The translations under genes and the position numbers were made by a program. A stretch of DNA of 64,000 nucleotides, taken from a virus. Lineage: Duplodnaviria > Caudoviricetes. The stretch covers positions 58,575 to 122,574 of IMG/VR virus record IMGVR_UViG_3300028805_000074; one strand, written 5' to 3'. Numbering within the stretch: the first letter of the stretch is position 1; each line of letters begins with the position of its first letter. Below, piece after piece: positions 10,282 to 19,000 of this stretch. The notes below the pieces were generated by a model that saw only the letters and a program-made list of their open reading frames with translations, ran no database searches and was not told the origin of the DNA.

Positions 10282-10608
10282 TTAAACCCAATATTCACGC
10301 AGCGATTCTGCGCTGTCACAAGAGAGCACAACCACCAGGACCTTCGCATCCTTGCTGCCGTGCCAGTCCTCGAAGTCTGCATCCATGGACGAGTTAGCCA
10401 ATATCGTGTTGCCGTACTCTTCCTCGTCCATCAGTTCCACCTGGCCTGTGAACTCGTCAGGCAGGTTGTCGATGCTCATATCCAGACAAACCGTGTTGTC
10501 TGTATGAATGCCACGAATATACCTGTCCGCCTGATTAAAGCGATAGATTTCAACTTCATCAGCCTGAGCTGCCATTTTCTTTACTTCTTCCTTTGTGTAG
10601 CTTAACAT
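10282..10608 (-). CDS. Acidic hypothetical protein
   Basis: ORF; start moved to MLSYTK. Confidence 0.6.
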   Translation of the reverse strand: MLSYTKEEVKKMAAQADEVEIYRFNQADRYIRGIHTDNTVCLDMSIDNLPDEFTGQVELMDEEEYGNTILANSSMDADFEDWHGSKDAKVLVVVLSCDSAESLREYWV

Positions 10609-10654
10609 CTTCTTGTCCTCCAAAAATTTGATTACATATTTATTTCCGATTATA

Positions 10655-10963
10655 CTATACCTCCCTAATCCTCTTTGCAACGTCCAGTGTTCTTTTGACG
10701 GTGCAAGAACAAATCTCACGCTTTGTCTTCTGGTCAATAAGCGTCAGACTGATGTACGAATACTTTCGCTTGTCATCGTAGCCGTTGATTCTGACAGTCA
10801 TCGGATTGCCATCTATTACCACGTCGATGTAATTGCCGTTCTTTTCGTTCACGATGACCTCGCCGTATTCAGGATGCACAACTTCCTCCTTCAGAACCAT
10901 TTCCTTTACCATAGAGCCTATAGAGCAAGGCCCGTCGTTCGCAATATACTCTATAACGTTCAT
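10655..10963 (-). CDS. Hypothetical protein
   Basis: ORF in the leftward cluster. Confidence 0.6.
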   Translation of the reverse strand: MNVIEYIANDGPCSIGSMVKEMVLKEEVVHPEYGEVIVNEKNGNYIDVVIDGNPMTVRINGYDDKRKYSYISLTLIDQKTKREICSCTVKRTLDVAKRIREV

Positions 10964-10981
10964 ATTTTTGTCCTCCAAATT

Positions 10982-11722
10982 TTAGATTTCACCATTCTTC
11001 TTCCACTCTTCCCACTTCTCCACGCTATAGCCCTCGTCGGTCTTCACGCCGAGGAACTGGAACGAGTAGCCGTGCGACTCAGGTTCAGCCCACGACTCCA
11101 GTATGGCCATGTTGCCACGATGGGTGAAAGTATCGTTTTTGACGTCCTTTACCGCCTTGTCGTAGGCATCCATACCGCTGTCAGCAATCACGTTGCCCGA
11201 GAAAGTCATATCCGTGCGGTAGTCGTTGCCGTGGTTATTGAACACCGACAAGCGGAGGTCCAGCTCCACATGATACCAGCCGCGCTTCTGCTCATTCAAC
11301 TCTGCCATTCGGCGCTGCTTGGCGGCTTCCGCCTGACGCATGCGCTCCTGTTTGGCTGCCTCGCGCTGCTCGTTGTAGATACGCTCGTGTTCTTCGAGCG
11401 TGTCGGCCAGAGCAGGATAGAAGCTGATGTCCCAACAACCGCAGCCAGTAGTGCGCATCGTCTCGCAAGTGCGGGGCTGGCCGCTGGGATAGCTGCTGAG
11501 CCCGTCACGGAACAGCGTGCGGATTTTATCTGCCGTGTATCTGTTCACTTTGATGTGAAGCCATTCGGGATCAGCCGCCAGAGAGTCCGGCTTTCCATAG
11601 GTATTCCAGGTGTTAATCACTGCAATAGCTTCGTCAGCCGTGTGTGCTATTGCCTTGTAGGGAACGTACGTGTTCCCGTTGCTGGCGCGTCCGCCGTAAG
11701 TAATACAAAATACGTTTGCCAT
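10982..11722 (-). CDS. Hypothetical protein with central coiled coil
   Basis: 246-aa ORF. Confidence 0.7.
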   Translation of the reverse strand: MANVFCITYGGRASNGNTYVPYKAIAHTADEAIAVINTWNTYGKPDSLAADPEWLHIKVNRYTADKIRTLFRDGLSSYPSGQPRTCETMRTTGCGCWDISFYPALADTLEEHERIYNEQREAAKQERMRQAEAAKQRRMAELNEQKRGWYHVELDLRLSVFNNHGNDYRTDMTFSGNVIADSGMDAYDKAVKDVKNDTFTHRGNMAILESWAEPESHGYSFQFLGVKTDEGYSVEKWEEWKKNGEI

Positions 11723-11864
11723 AATGCTTAACTGTTTAACCGATCAGTCCGGGGTCTTAAAAAATGTTTGTTGAACTTCTTTCGAGATTTTCTCGCCTCG
11801 GCAAATCTCATACAAGCATGGCTTTGCTCTCGGCTTACGAAAATGTTGTAGCAACTTTCGGTTG

Positions 11865-11896
11865 CAAAGATACGATTAAGTGAGCGAAAAACCAAA
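11865..11896 (-). promoter_or_regulatory. Bacteroidetes sigma-A promoter inside a dispersed repeat
   Basis: TTTG-N20-TATCTTTG on the minus strand. Confidence 0.65.
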
Positions 11897-12139
11897 TTTA
11901 TTTGAGTTTTTCTGAGCGTAGTATCTTCGGCCGCAGGTCAAAGATAATATAAATTCTTGAAAGTCTTGCAGGAATCAGCAAGAATTGTTTTCTGTCACGG
12001 TCAAGCCGCGCCGTGCGGCCTTGGCGTAGAAGTCTCGGCGGCACTCCTCGGTCGGGAACCACGCCAGCGTGCGCAGTTCCCTGCCGTCGGGTGCCGTGAG
12101 GGTTAGGGGATAGACGTTCGGAGTCATAGGCACAGATGC

Positions 12140-12268
12140 TTAATACGGGCCATACTGCCCTACCCTTTCTCCTTTATCCAAATCGTGCTCGTAGTAGCTG
12201 CCACGATAGCACTTGCTGCAGCACTCGCCATCGTGCTTGCAGGTGTCGCAATAACCAAACTTTCCCAT
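12140..12268 (-). CDS. Small Cys-rich protein (42 aa, MGKFGYCDTCKH...)
   Basis: Read by hand; ACGACTATG start context. Confidence 0.5.
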   Translation of the reverse strand: MGKFGYCDTCKHDGECCSKCYRGSYYEHDLDKGERVGQYGPY

Positions 12269-12409
12269 AGTCGTTGTTTGATGTGATTACAGTTTTGTGA
12301 TGTCAATGTCGGATGGTACCACAGTGTACTTGTGTTCGTCGCGGCCTGCCTGAAGGAAGTCGCGGCGCTGTTCGGCCTGCTCCTTGGTCTTGAACGACTG
12401 GCAGAATAT

Positions 12410-12718
12410 CTACCGCCCGTCGGGAGTGATACACCAGAGATGCCACTGCTGACTTTCTGGCCACCACATGTTCCTGTAGTCGGGGTCGAGAATGTAGAGC
12501 TGGCCTTTCTTGTCGTACACCTTACGCCCTCCGTGGTAAGAGTCGCCGTAGTTCTCCCAGCGGTTCACTGCGTCGTTGAACACCTCGAAACCCACGCGCC
12601 GCTCGAAGCTGGCGTGCTCGTCCATGAACTGACGGGCCTCGCTAAAGGTCATCTCCCCGTCGAAGATCATCTCCTTGGGGGAGTACCTGTTAATCTTGAA
12701 ATGATGTTTTGCTTCCAT
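12410..12718 (-). CDS. Hypothetical protein
   Basis: ORF in the leftward cluster. Confidence 0.65.
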   Translation of the reverse strand: MEAKHHFKINRYSPKEMIFDGEMTFSEARQFMDEHASFERRVGFEVFNDAVNRWENYGDSYHGGRKVYDKKGQLYILDPDYRNMWWPESQQWHLWCITPDGR

Positions 12719-12733
12719 AATTCGCTTGATGTT

Positions 12734-12928
12734 TTAATGATTACCTTCAACTTCGATTACCTCATGCGCTATGCCGATGAAGGTCAGCCAGTCGCTTGCT
12801 CGCTTGGCTTCTGCATCGTCCATCTTCAGGCATAGCGTCTTGTCGTCAATGAACCGTGTCGGGCGGAGCCTGTGCAGGTACTCCGTGCGGTTCCTCCTGT
12901 TGTTCCAGATTTTGATTGTCTTTGCCAT
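12734..12928 (-). CDS. Hypothetical protein
   Basis: ORF in the leftward cluster. Confidence 0.6.
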   Translation of the reverse strand: MAKTIKIWNNRRNRTEYLHRLRPTRFIDDKTLCLKMDDAEAKRASDWLTFIGIAHEVIEVEGNH

Positions 12929-12938
12929 AGTCTTTTAC

Positions 12939-13298
12939 TTAGATCAGTTTTGCTTCCTTGCCCTCAAACCACTCGTCGTACTTGCTGGCGGGGCAGTAGC
13001 CGGCAAGTGCGTTTAGCAGGATTTCGGCAGCGTGCAGCCTTCCGCCGTCGTCGCCGCCCTCTTCCAGCCATGTCTCGTAGGCTTCGTAGTCATCGTCGTC
13101 GCCCACAATGCAGTGTCCGTCCACGTGCAGGCCGTCGAGGCAGCTCTTTAACTGTCGCTCGCCCGCCGGTGTCAGTTTAATGTCGCCGAACACTACTGCG
13201 ATGTAGCAGTCGGTGCCGTCAACGCTCATGTCGATATCGTCTTCCTCGCGGTTCTTCAGGTGGAAGAACTCGCGCAGTGTCAGTTTTTCTTTTGTCAT
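12939..13298 (-). CDS. Acidic hypothetical protein
   Basis: Start moved to MTKEKL. Confidence 0.65.
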   Translation of the reverse strand: MTKEKLTLREFFHLKNREEDDIDMSVDGTDCYIAVVFGDIKLTPAGERQLKSCLDGLHVDGHCIVGDDDDYEAYETWLEEGGDDGGRLHAAEILLNALAGYCPASKYDEWFEGKEAKLI

Positions 13299-13315
13299 AG
13301 TTCGCTTGATGCTTG

Positions 13316-13546
13316 TTAGATTCCGATACAGTTGATACTCTCGCACGTTATCCAGCGGGTGCCGCTGGAGGTGTGGGCGGTGAGGATGCCGTCGTCGCTT
13401 ATCTCCCAGGCGGGGAAGGTAGCGTCGATGACGGCGTACTGGTCGTAGCCGTGCATAATCTCGATGTTGGGGCGGCTCTCTGCGGGGTCGCTGTCGTGCT
13501 CGTCACAGATGGCTGTGAGGATGCGGGTGAGTTGGTCTTTTGTCAT
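13316..13546 (-). CDS. Hypothetical protein
   Basis: ACGACTATG start context. Confidence 0.6.
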   Translation of the reverse strand: MTKDQLTRILTAICDEHDSDPAESRPNIEIMHGYDQYAVIDATFPAWEISDDGILTAHTSSGTRWITCESINCIGI

Positions 13547-13553
13547 AGTCGTA

Positions 13554-14549
13554 TTACTTGTTTTGATTGTTATACTTTCCTTCTATCATCAGTGCTCCCA
13601 TGCGTCCGTTGATCTGGTAGCACCAGGTGATGGTGTCGTCAGCGTCGTTGAACACGTGGTAGGTGTTGCGGGGTTTCGAGAGCGGGTCGCCGTAGCGGTT
13701 GTACTTCTCGGTGGTCTTGCCCATGCGTGTAAAGCCGTGGTCGGCGATGAGCTCATAGACGGTGCATGACACGTACTTGCCGCCGCTCACCTTGAAGCAG
13801 CTGCGCTCCTCCAGTCCTGCCAGAACCGTGCCCCGCTGCATGGCGGTGAGCTTGTCGGGCAGCATGCCCAGCTCCGTGAGGCGCTGCAGTTTCGCGTCTT
13901 CGGCGGCTCGCTCCTCGGCTTTCTTGCGGGCTTCCTCCTCGTCGCGCTGGCGGCGTGCCTCACGCTCGGCCTTTGCCTCTGCCTCGCGCTGTGCCATCAG
14001 TTCGCTGCGCTGTATCTCCAGCAGGGGATAGTAGCCTGAACCTACCTCCTTGAAGGCCCGGATGGTGGCGGCACTGACCCACGATCCGCTGTCGAGCAGG
14101 TAGTTGGGGTAGTCCTGATAGCGGCGCAGCTCGGCGTAGCGCTCGTCGCGGTACCGCTTGCGGCTGTCGAAGCGCTCGCGCCACGATGCCTTGCACTCGG
14201 CCACCTCCTCCGGGGTCATGGGGTGGTAGCGCATACTCTCCGGGCTGTAGGTCACGGCCATCTGCTCGTCGTACTCGCGGTCTATCTCCTCGTCGGTCTT
14301 CAGCAGGTATTCCTCCAGCATGCGTGTGAAGATGGTGTGCATGGTGGGTATCATCACGGCCACGTTGTCGCTCAGCTGGGCGTAGAGGATGTAGTAGTCG
14401 TCCTCATACTCATACCATAGCGGGGTTTCTGCGCCGTCGTTGCTCACGAGGGGCAGCAGTTCGTGGATGTCGGTCAGTTCGATGTTGCGACGCTTGGGGG
14501 TGTTGCCGTCGCTGCCAATGTAGTGGCACCAGAATTTCTTTGTTGTCAT
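13554..14549 (-). CDS. Hypothetical protein with coiled coil
   Basis: 331-aa ORF. Confidence 0.75.
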   Translation of the reverse strand: MTTKKFWCHYIGSDGNTPKRRNIELTDIHELLPLVSNDGAETPLWYEYEDDYYILYAQLSDNVAVMIPTMHTIFTRMLEEYLLKTDEEIDREYDEQMAVTYSPESMRYHPMTPEEVAECKASWRERFDSRKRYRDERYAELRRYQDYPNYLLDSGSWVSAATIRAFKEVGSGYYPLLEIQRSELMAQREAEAKAEREARRQRDEEEARKKAEERAAEDAKLQRLTELGMLPDKLTAMQRGTVLAGLEERSCFKVSGGKYVSCTVYELIADHGFTRMGKTTEKYNRYGDPLSKPRNTYHVFNDADDTITWCYQINGRMGALMIEGKYNNQNK

Positions 14550-14579
14550 ATTCGTATCGTTGTTTTACTCGGTTAATAC

Positions 14580-14648
14580 TTACTTCTTGCAGGCCCATTG
14601 AATAAACCACAGCCAGGCGAAGAAGCCCAAAATCCAGTTTTCTATCAT
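14580..14648 (-). CDS. Hydrophobic micropeptide (MIENWILGFFAWLWFIQWACKK)
   Basis: Read by hand; ACGAATATG start context. Confidence 0.4.
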   Translation of the reverse strand: MIENWILGFFAWLWFIQWACKK

Positions 14649-14661
14649 ATTCGTATTGCTT

Positions 14662-14823
14662 TTAAGTTTCAGATGATATGCCTTGCACCGCGTCGGCCTT
14701 GAAATATCTCAGGGCCTGACCAGTGGTCATGCGGTTATACGTTGTTCGCTTTTTCTTCCGTCCGTGGATCCAGACGTTCCATTCGGAAAACTTCTGTCGG
14801 TAGATAGCTTCTTCCTTACACAT
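14662..14823 (-). CDS. Small basic protein (53 aa, MCKEEAIYRQ...)
   Basis: Read by hand; ACGACTATG start context. Confidence 0.55.
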   Translation of the reverse strand: MCKEEAIYRQKFSEWNVWIHGRKKKRTTYNRMTTGQALRYFKADAVQGISSET

Positions 14824-14828
14824 AGTCG

Positions 14829-15413
14829 TTACTTGTTTTGGTTATATTTAGTCGTAATGTACTCGGTCAGGATGGTGCGGTTGTCGTAGTCGAGCTCGCG
14901 CCAGAACATCTGCATGGCGGCCTTCGAGCCGTACTTCTCGTAGCAGTAGTCCCACTTCTCTTGCAGGTGCTGGCGGTTGCAGTGGCCCTTGGGGTGGCGC
15001 ACCATGTAGTCGAGCCACAGGTTCTCGTCGTCGTAGTCCATGCACCAGTCGCTCCAGAGGGCGATGATGTCCCTGTCGGTGTCCGGCTCCCTGGCGATGT
15101 CCTTGGCGAACTGGTCGAGGGTGTAGCGCTGGCCGGGCTCTTGGCTCGATGCGCTCCAGCCTTTGTCGAAGAAGTGGTCGAAGACGGCGCAGTTGAACGT
15201 GACGGGCATGGTGGCGATGACCTTGCCTTCGAGCATAGAGAGGATGTCGATTGGGAACGTGCCACAGTCGGGCAGGCTGGCGATGGTCTCTGGGTAGTCC
15301 TCATGCCAGAACTGCTCCAGCGCAGCCCATGCGTCGTAACAGTGTTCGTACTGGAACAGGTAGGTCTCGCCGCCTACAACGGCCTTGATGATGTAGGTTT
15401 CTGTTGATATCAT
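14829..15413 (-). CDS. Hypothetical protein
   Basis: 194-aa ORF. Confidence 0.7.
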   Translation of the reverse strand: MISTETYIIKAVVGGETYLFQYEHCYDAWAALEQFWHEDYPETIASLPDCGTFPIDILSMLEGKVIATMPVTFNCAVFDHFFDKGWSASSQEPGQRYTLDQFAKDIAREPDTDRDIIALWSDWCMDYDDENLWLDYMVRHPKGHCNRQHLQEKWDYCYEKYGSKAAMQMFWRELDYDNRTILTEYITTKYNQNK

Positions 15414-15437
15414 TGTCGTAATGTTTTTAATTGGGGG

Positions 15438-15899
15438 TTATAGTTCTGATTCTTGTCTCGATGTGATTGTGAAGAAGAGGATGCTGCCGTCGTTGAAGGA
15501 GAGGCGGATGCCGTAGCTCAGCGAGCGGGGCTGGTTCTTGCCGCCGTCATACAGCTGGGCGTTGCCCCACTCGTGGCAGTCGTCGAGGTTCAGTCCGCCG
15601 TGCTTGTCGGCGTGGCGCTCATGGTACTCGATGAAGTCCTTGGCGCAGTGCAGCGCATACTCCAGGTGCTTTGTCACTTGCGGGTAGCCTGCTGCTGGGT
15701 GAAGGTCGGTGGCGGTGCCGTCCTCGTAGTAGTCTTTCACCATGCCGCTGTCGCAGAAGGCGAAGATGCTGCCCTCGCCCAGCGTCCTGCCGTGCTTCTG
15801 CCATAGGTTCAGACGGTGCTTTGCGAGGGTGTCGAGTTGGGTGTAGAAGAAGGGAGGCTCGAACGGCTCCGGTCTCATGTCGATAGTTGTTGTCTTCAT
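15438..15899 (-). CDS. Hypothetical protein
   Basis: 153-aa ORF. Confidence 0.7.
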   Translation of the reverse strand: MKTTTIDMRPEPFEPPFFYTQLDTLAKHRLNLWQKHGRTLGEGSIFAFCDSGMVKDYYEDGTATDLHPAAGYPQVTKHLEYALHCAKDFIEYHERHADKHGGLNLDDCHEWGNAQLYDGGKNQPRSLSYGIRLSFNDGSILFFTITSRQESEL

Positions 15900-16019
15900 A
15901 ATGCTTGCTGTTTTAATGAATGAATAATCGGTGTTTTAGCTTTTACCTCGTGAAAGGTAGTGGCTTTTACCTCGTAAAAGGTTGGGGCTTCTACGAGGTA
16001 AAAGGTTTTTGAGGGGGTT

Positions 16020-19000
16020 CTACGCCGCCTGCTTCAGCCCGCCGTCGCTCTCGGAGGCGCTGCCCTCGGAGCCGCCGTTAGACTTCTTCCCGTTCATCTC
16101 AGCGTTGATCTTGCGGTCGAGCTTGGCGAGGTCGGCCTTGGCGCGGCGCAGCTCATCCTCCTTGGGCCACGTCTGCTTCAGCAGTTCGGCGAGCTGGCGG
16201 ATAGTCACGTTGTTGTCGGCTATCCATCGCTGCCAGTCGGCGATGCGGCGGGGCAGCTCCTGCAGACAGCGCAGGGCGTACTCCGCAGCCAGTCGGGGCG
16301 AGAGATGGGAGAGCTTGCCGTTGTTCACGGTGTGCAGGATGCGGTTGCCTTGCAGCGAGAAGAGGTTGGTGTATTCCATCGACTCGTTGCCGTCGGCATC
16401 GTGAATAATCTGCTCGTTGGTCTTCACCATCAGGTCGAAGCCGTAGAGCGAGCCGACTTTCAGGCGGACACCCTGCGTGCGGGCCGTCTGCTCGATGCGC
16501 CACAACCGTTCACCGAGGGCCTTCTGCTGTCCGGCATAGTCGAGGGGCTTGCCGTTGGCATCGGTCTCTGGCACGGTGAAGCCGTCGAGCACCAGGGCGT
16601 TCAGCACCTCGCCCTGTTCGCCCAGCTGCTTCTGTGCATCGTACTGCTGCTGGTCGGCCTGTGCGTCCAGGACATCCTGCTTCAGCCGCTCCACGTCCTT
16701 CTGTAGCCTGTCGCGGCGCTCCTCTGCCTGTCGCTGGTCGCGGTGGAAGTTCTTCTTCTCCACCTCCAGGGCGGCAATCTTCTTGTCGAGCTTGGCACGC
16801 TCCAGCAGGTCGGTATTGCCCGAGAGGATAGCCATATACTCGGCGAAGTTCATATTGCCCTTTTCGTCCATCGAGCCCTCGTCGAGGGTGCGCTTGCCTA
16901 ACTGGCCTTGCTTCAGCTGCTGGATGAAGGTCTGCTTGCAGTGCAGCAGATTGAACTTATAGGCATCCAACGACCGCTTCACGGCGTAGATGATTACATC
17001 CACTTTGTTGTCGCCGTAGTCGCGGGCTATCACGTTGCCTTTACGCACTGCCCTGCCGTCGCGCTGTTCCAGGTCGGCGGGGCGCCAGGGGGTGTCGAGG
17101 TGATGCACCGCCACCACTCGCTCCTGGGCGTTGACCCCCGTGCCGAGCATCGAGGTAGAGCCGAAGAGGATGCGCACGTCGCCGTCGTTCACCTCGTGGA
17201 TGAGCTTCTTCTTCTTCGTGTCGCAGCGGGCCTCCTGTATGAAGCGTATCTCCGAGGCGGGTATGCCGTAGTCCTCCACCAGCTTGCGCTTGATCTCTTC
17301 ATAGATGTTAAACTTCCCATCGTTCTGCCAAGTCGAGAGGTCGCTGAAGATCATCTGCGTACCCTTCACGGCGTCGTACTTGTGATAGTACTGGGCTACC
17401 ATCTTGGCGCACATCGAGGCTTTGCTCCGTGGGTGGTCGCCATACGCCGGGTCAATCAGCCGCATGTCGAGACTCATCTTTCTCGCCAGGTCCGTTGCAT
17501 ACAGCATCTTCGCCATCTCCTGCTGCTTCGTCGGGTTGTTGATACCTATCAGCTTGAAGTCGCCCGTCTCGGCAAACCGCATCAGCGTGTGGATAAACTC
17601 CTCCTGGTCGGGGGTCGGCTCGATGTGCATCAGTCTGGCGTACTTCTCGGGCCGCTCTATGCCTACGTCCTTCGCCGTGCGGTAGTCTGTGATTTCATTA
17701 TAGAACTGTGCCAGCTCCGGCACCTTGATGAAGTAGCGGAAGCGCTCCTTCAGCACAATCTGGTTGGTCAGTCCGAACTCATACTCCTGCGTCTTGCGGG
17801 TGAAGATAGCGGCCCAGGCATCGAAACAGGTGATGCCCTGCTTGGCCATAGCCTGCGGTCGCAGATAGCGGAACAGCGAGTACAGCTCCGTCAGACTATT
17901 CGTAATCGTCGTACCACTGAGGAACGTCGCGCCGAGGTCACGCCCCGTGCGCTGCTGGATGGTTCGTATAGCCATGAGCAGATTGTAGGCACGCTTCGAG
18001 CCCTCCGAATTGCCTAAACCTGCCACACGGTCGTGACGGGTGGTGAAGCCGAGGTTCTTGAACTGGTGACTCTCATCAATGAAGATGTGGTCGATGCCCA
18101 TCATGCGGAAGTCCACCACGTCGTCGGTGCGCTTGCGAATAGAGTATTGCAAATCTTGAAGTTTCGATTGCAGGTTGGCTTTCTTCTTCTCCAGTCCGCG
18201 CTTCAGTCGGCTCGATACGCTGTCATACGACCCGTAGAGTGCGCTCAGGCTCTCGTTCAGGTGGTTCAGCTCCTCACGGATAACGTCGGCCTGCACCTCG
18301 TCCGACTGCGGGATGAAGCCGAACTGGTCGTGGCTCATGATCACTACGTCCCAGTCGTTGTTCTTCATGCGATTGAAGAAGTTCTCACGCTCCTTGCCTG
18401 AGTAGTCGGCATGCTTGGCATAGAGCACATGGGCCTTGGGGTAAGCCGTCATGTAAGTCTCGGCGATGGCAGCCACGTTGGCTTTCAGTCCGATGATCAT
18501 CGGCTTGTGGCAGAAGCCCAGGCGCTTCATCTCGTGGGCGGCGAGGCACATGATGAGCGTCTTGCCGCTGCCTACCTCATGGTCGCAGATGCCACCGCCG
18601 TTCATCGTGAGCATCCAGATGCAGTCCTCCTGACTCTTATACAGACCGCCACTCACCTTCTTGCCGTCCTTATACACGGGCTGCGGTATGCCGTACTTCG
18701 CCTCCAGTCCTGCCCAGTCGATGCCAGGGAACCGCTGGTGGCTTCCGTCGAACTGCGGCTTCACGTGGCAGTTGAACAGTCGGTTATACTTCTCGGTCAG
18801 TGCGTCGCGCAGCTCCTTGGGCTGTCGCAGCAGCCAGTCCTGATAGCCCTGTCGGATTTCCTCAATCAGCGTGTTAGCCTTCTGCGTAGCCTCCGGGTCC
18901 TCGTCCTTGGCATAGCTCTTGCCCTGCTGAATCTTGCGACCCCGCTCGTCGCGGCGGTATTTCATCATCTTCGGGCAGGAGTTCAGCAGCGCATGCTGCA

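Noticed and set aside
13554-14850. Shared C-terminal KYN(N)QNK peptide in two proteins
   Set aside because: It is explained by the A-rich translation-initiation region of the next gene overlapping the end of each ORF.
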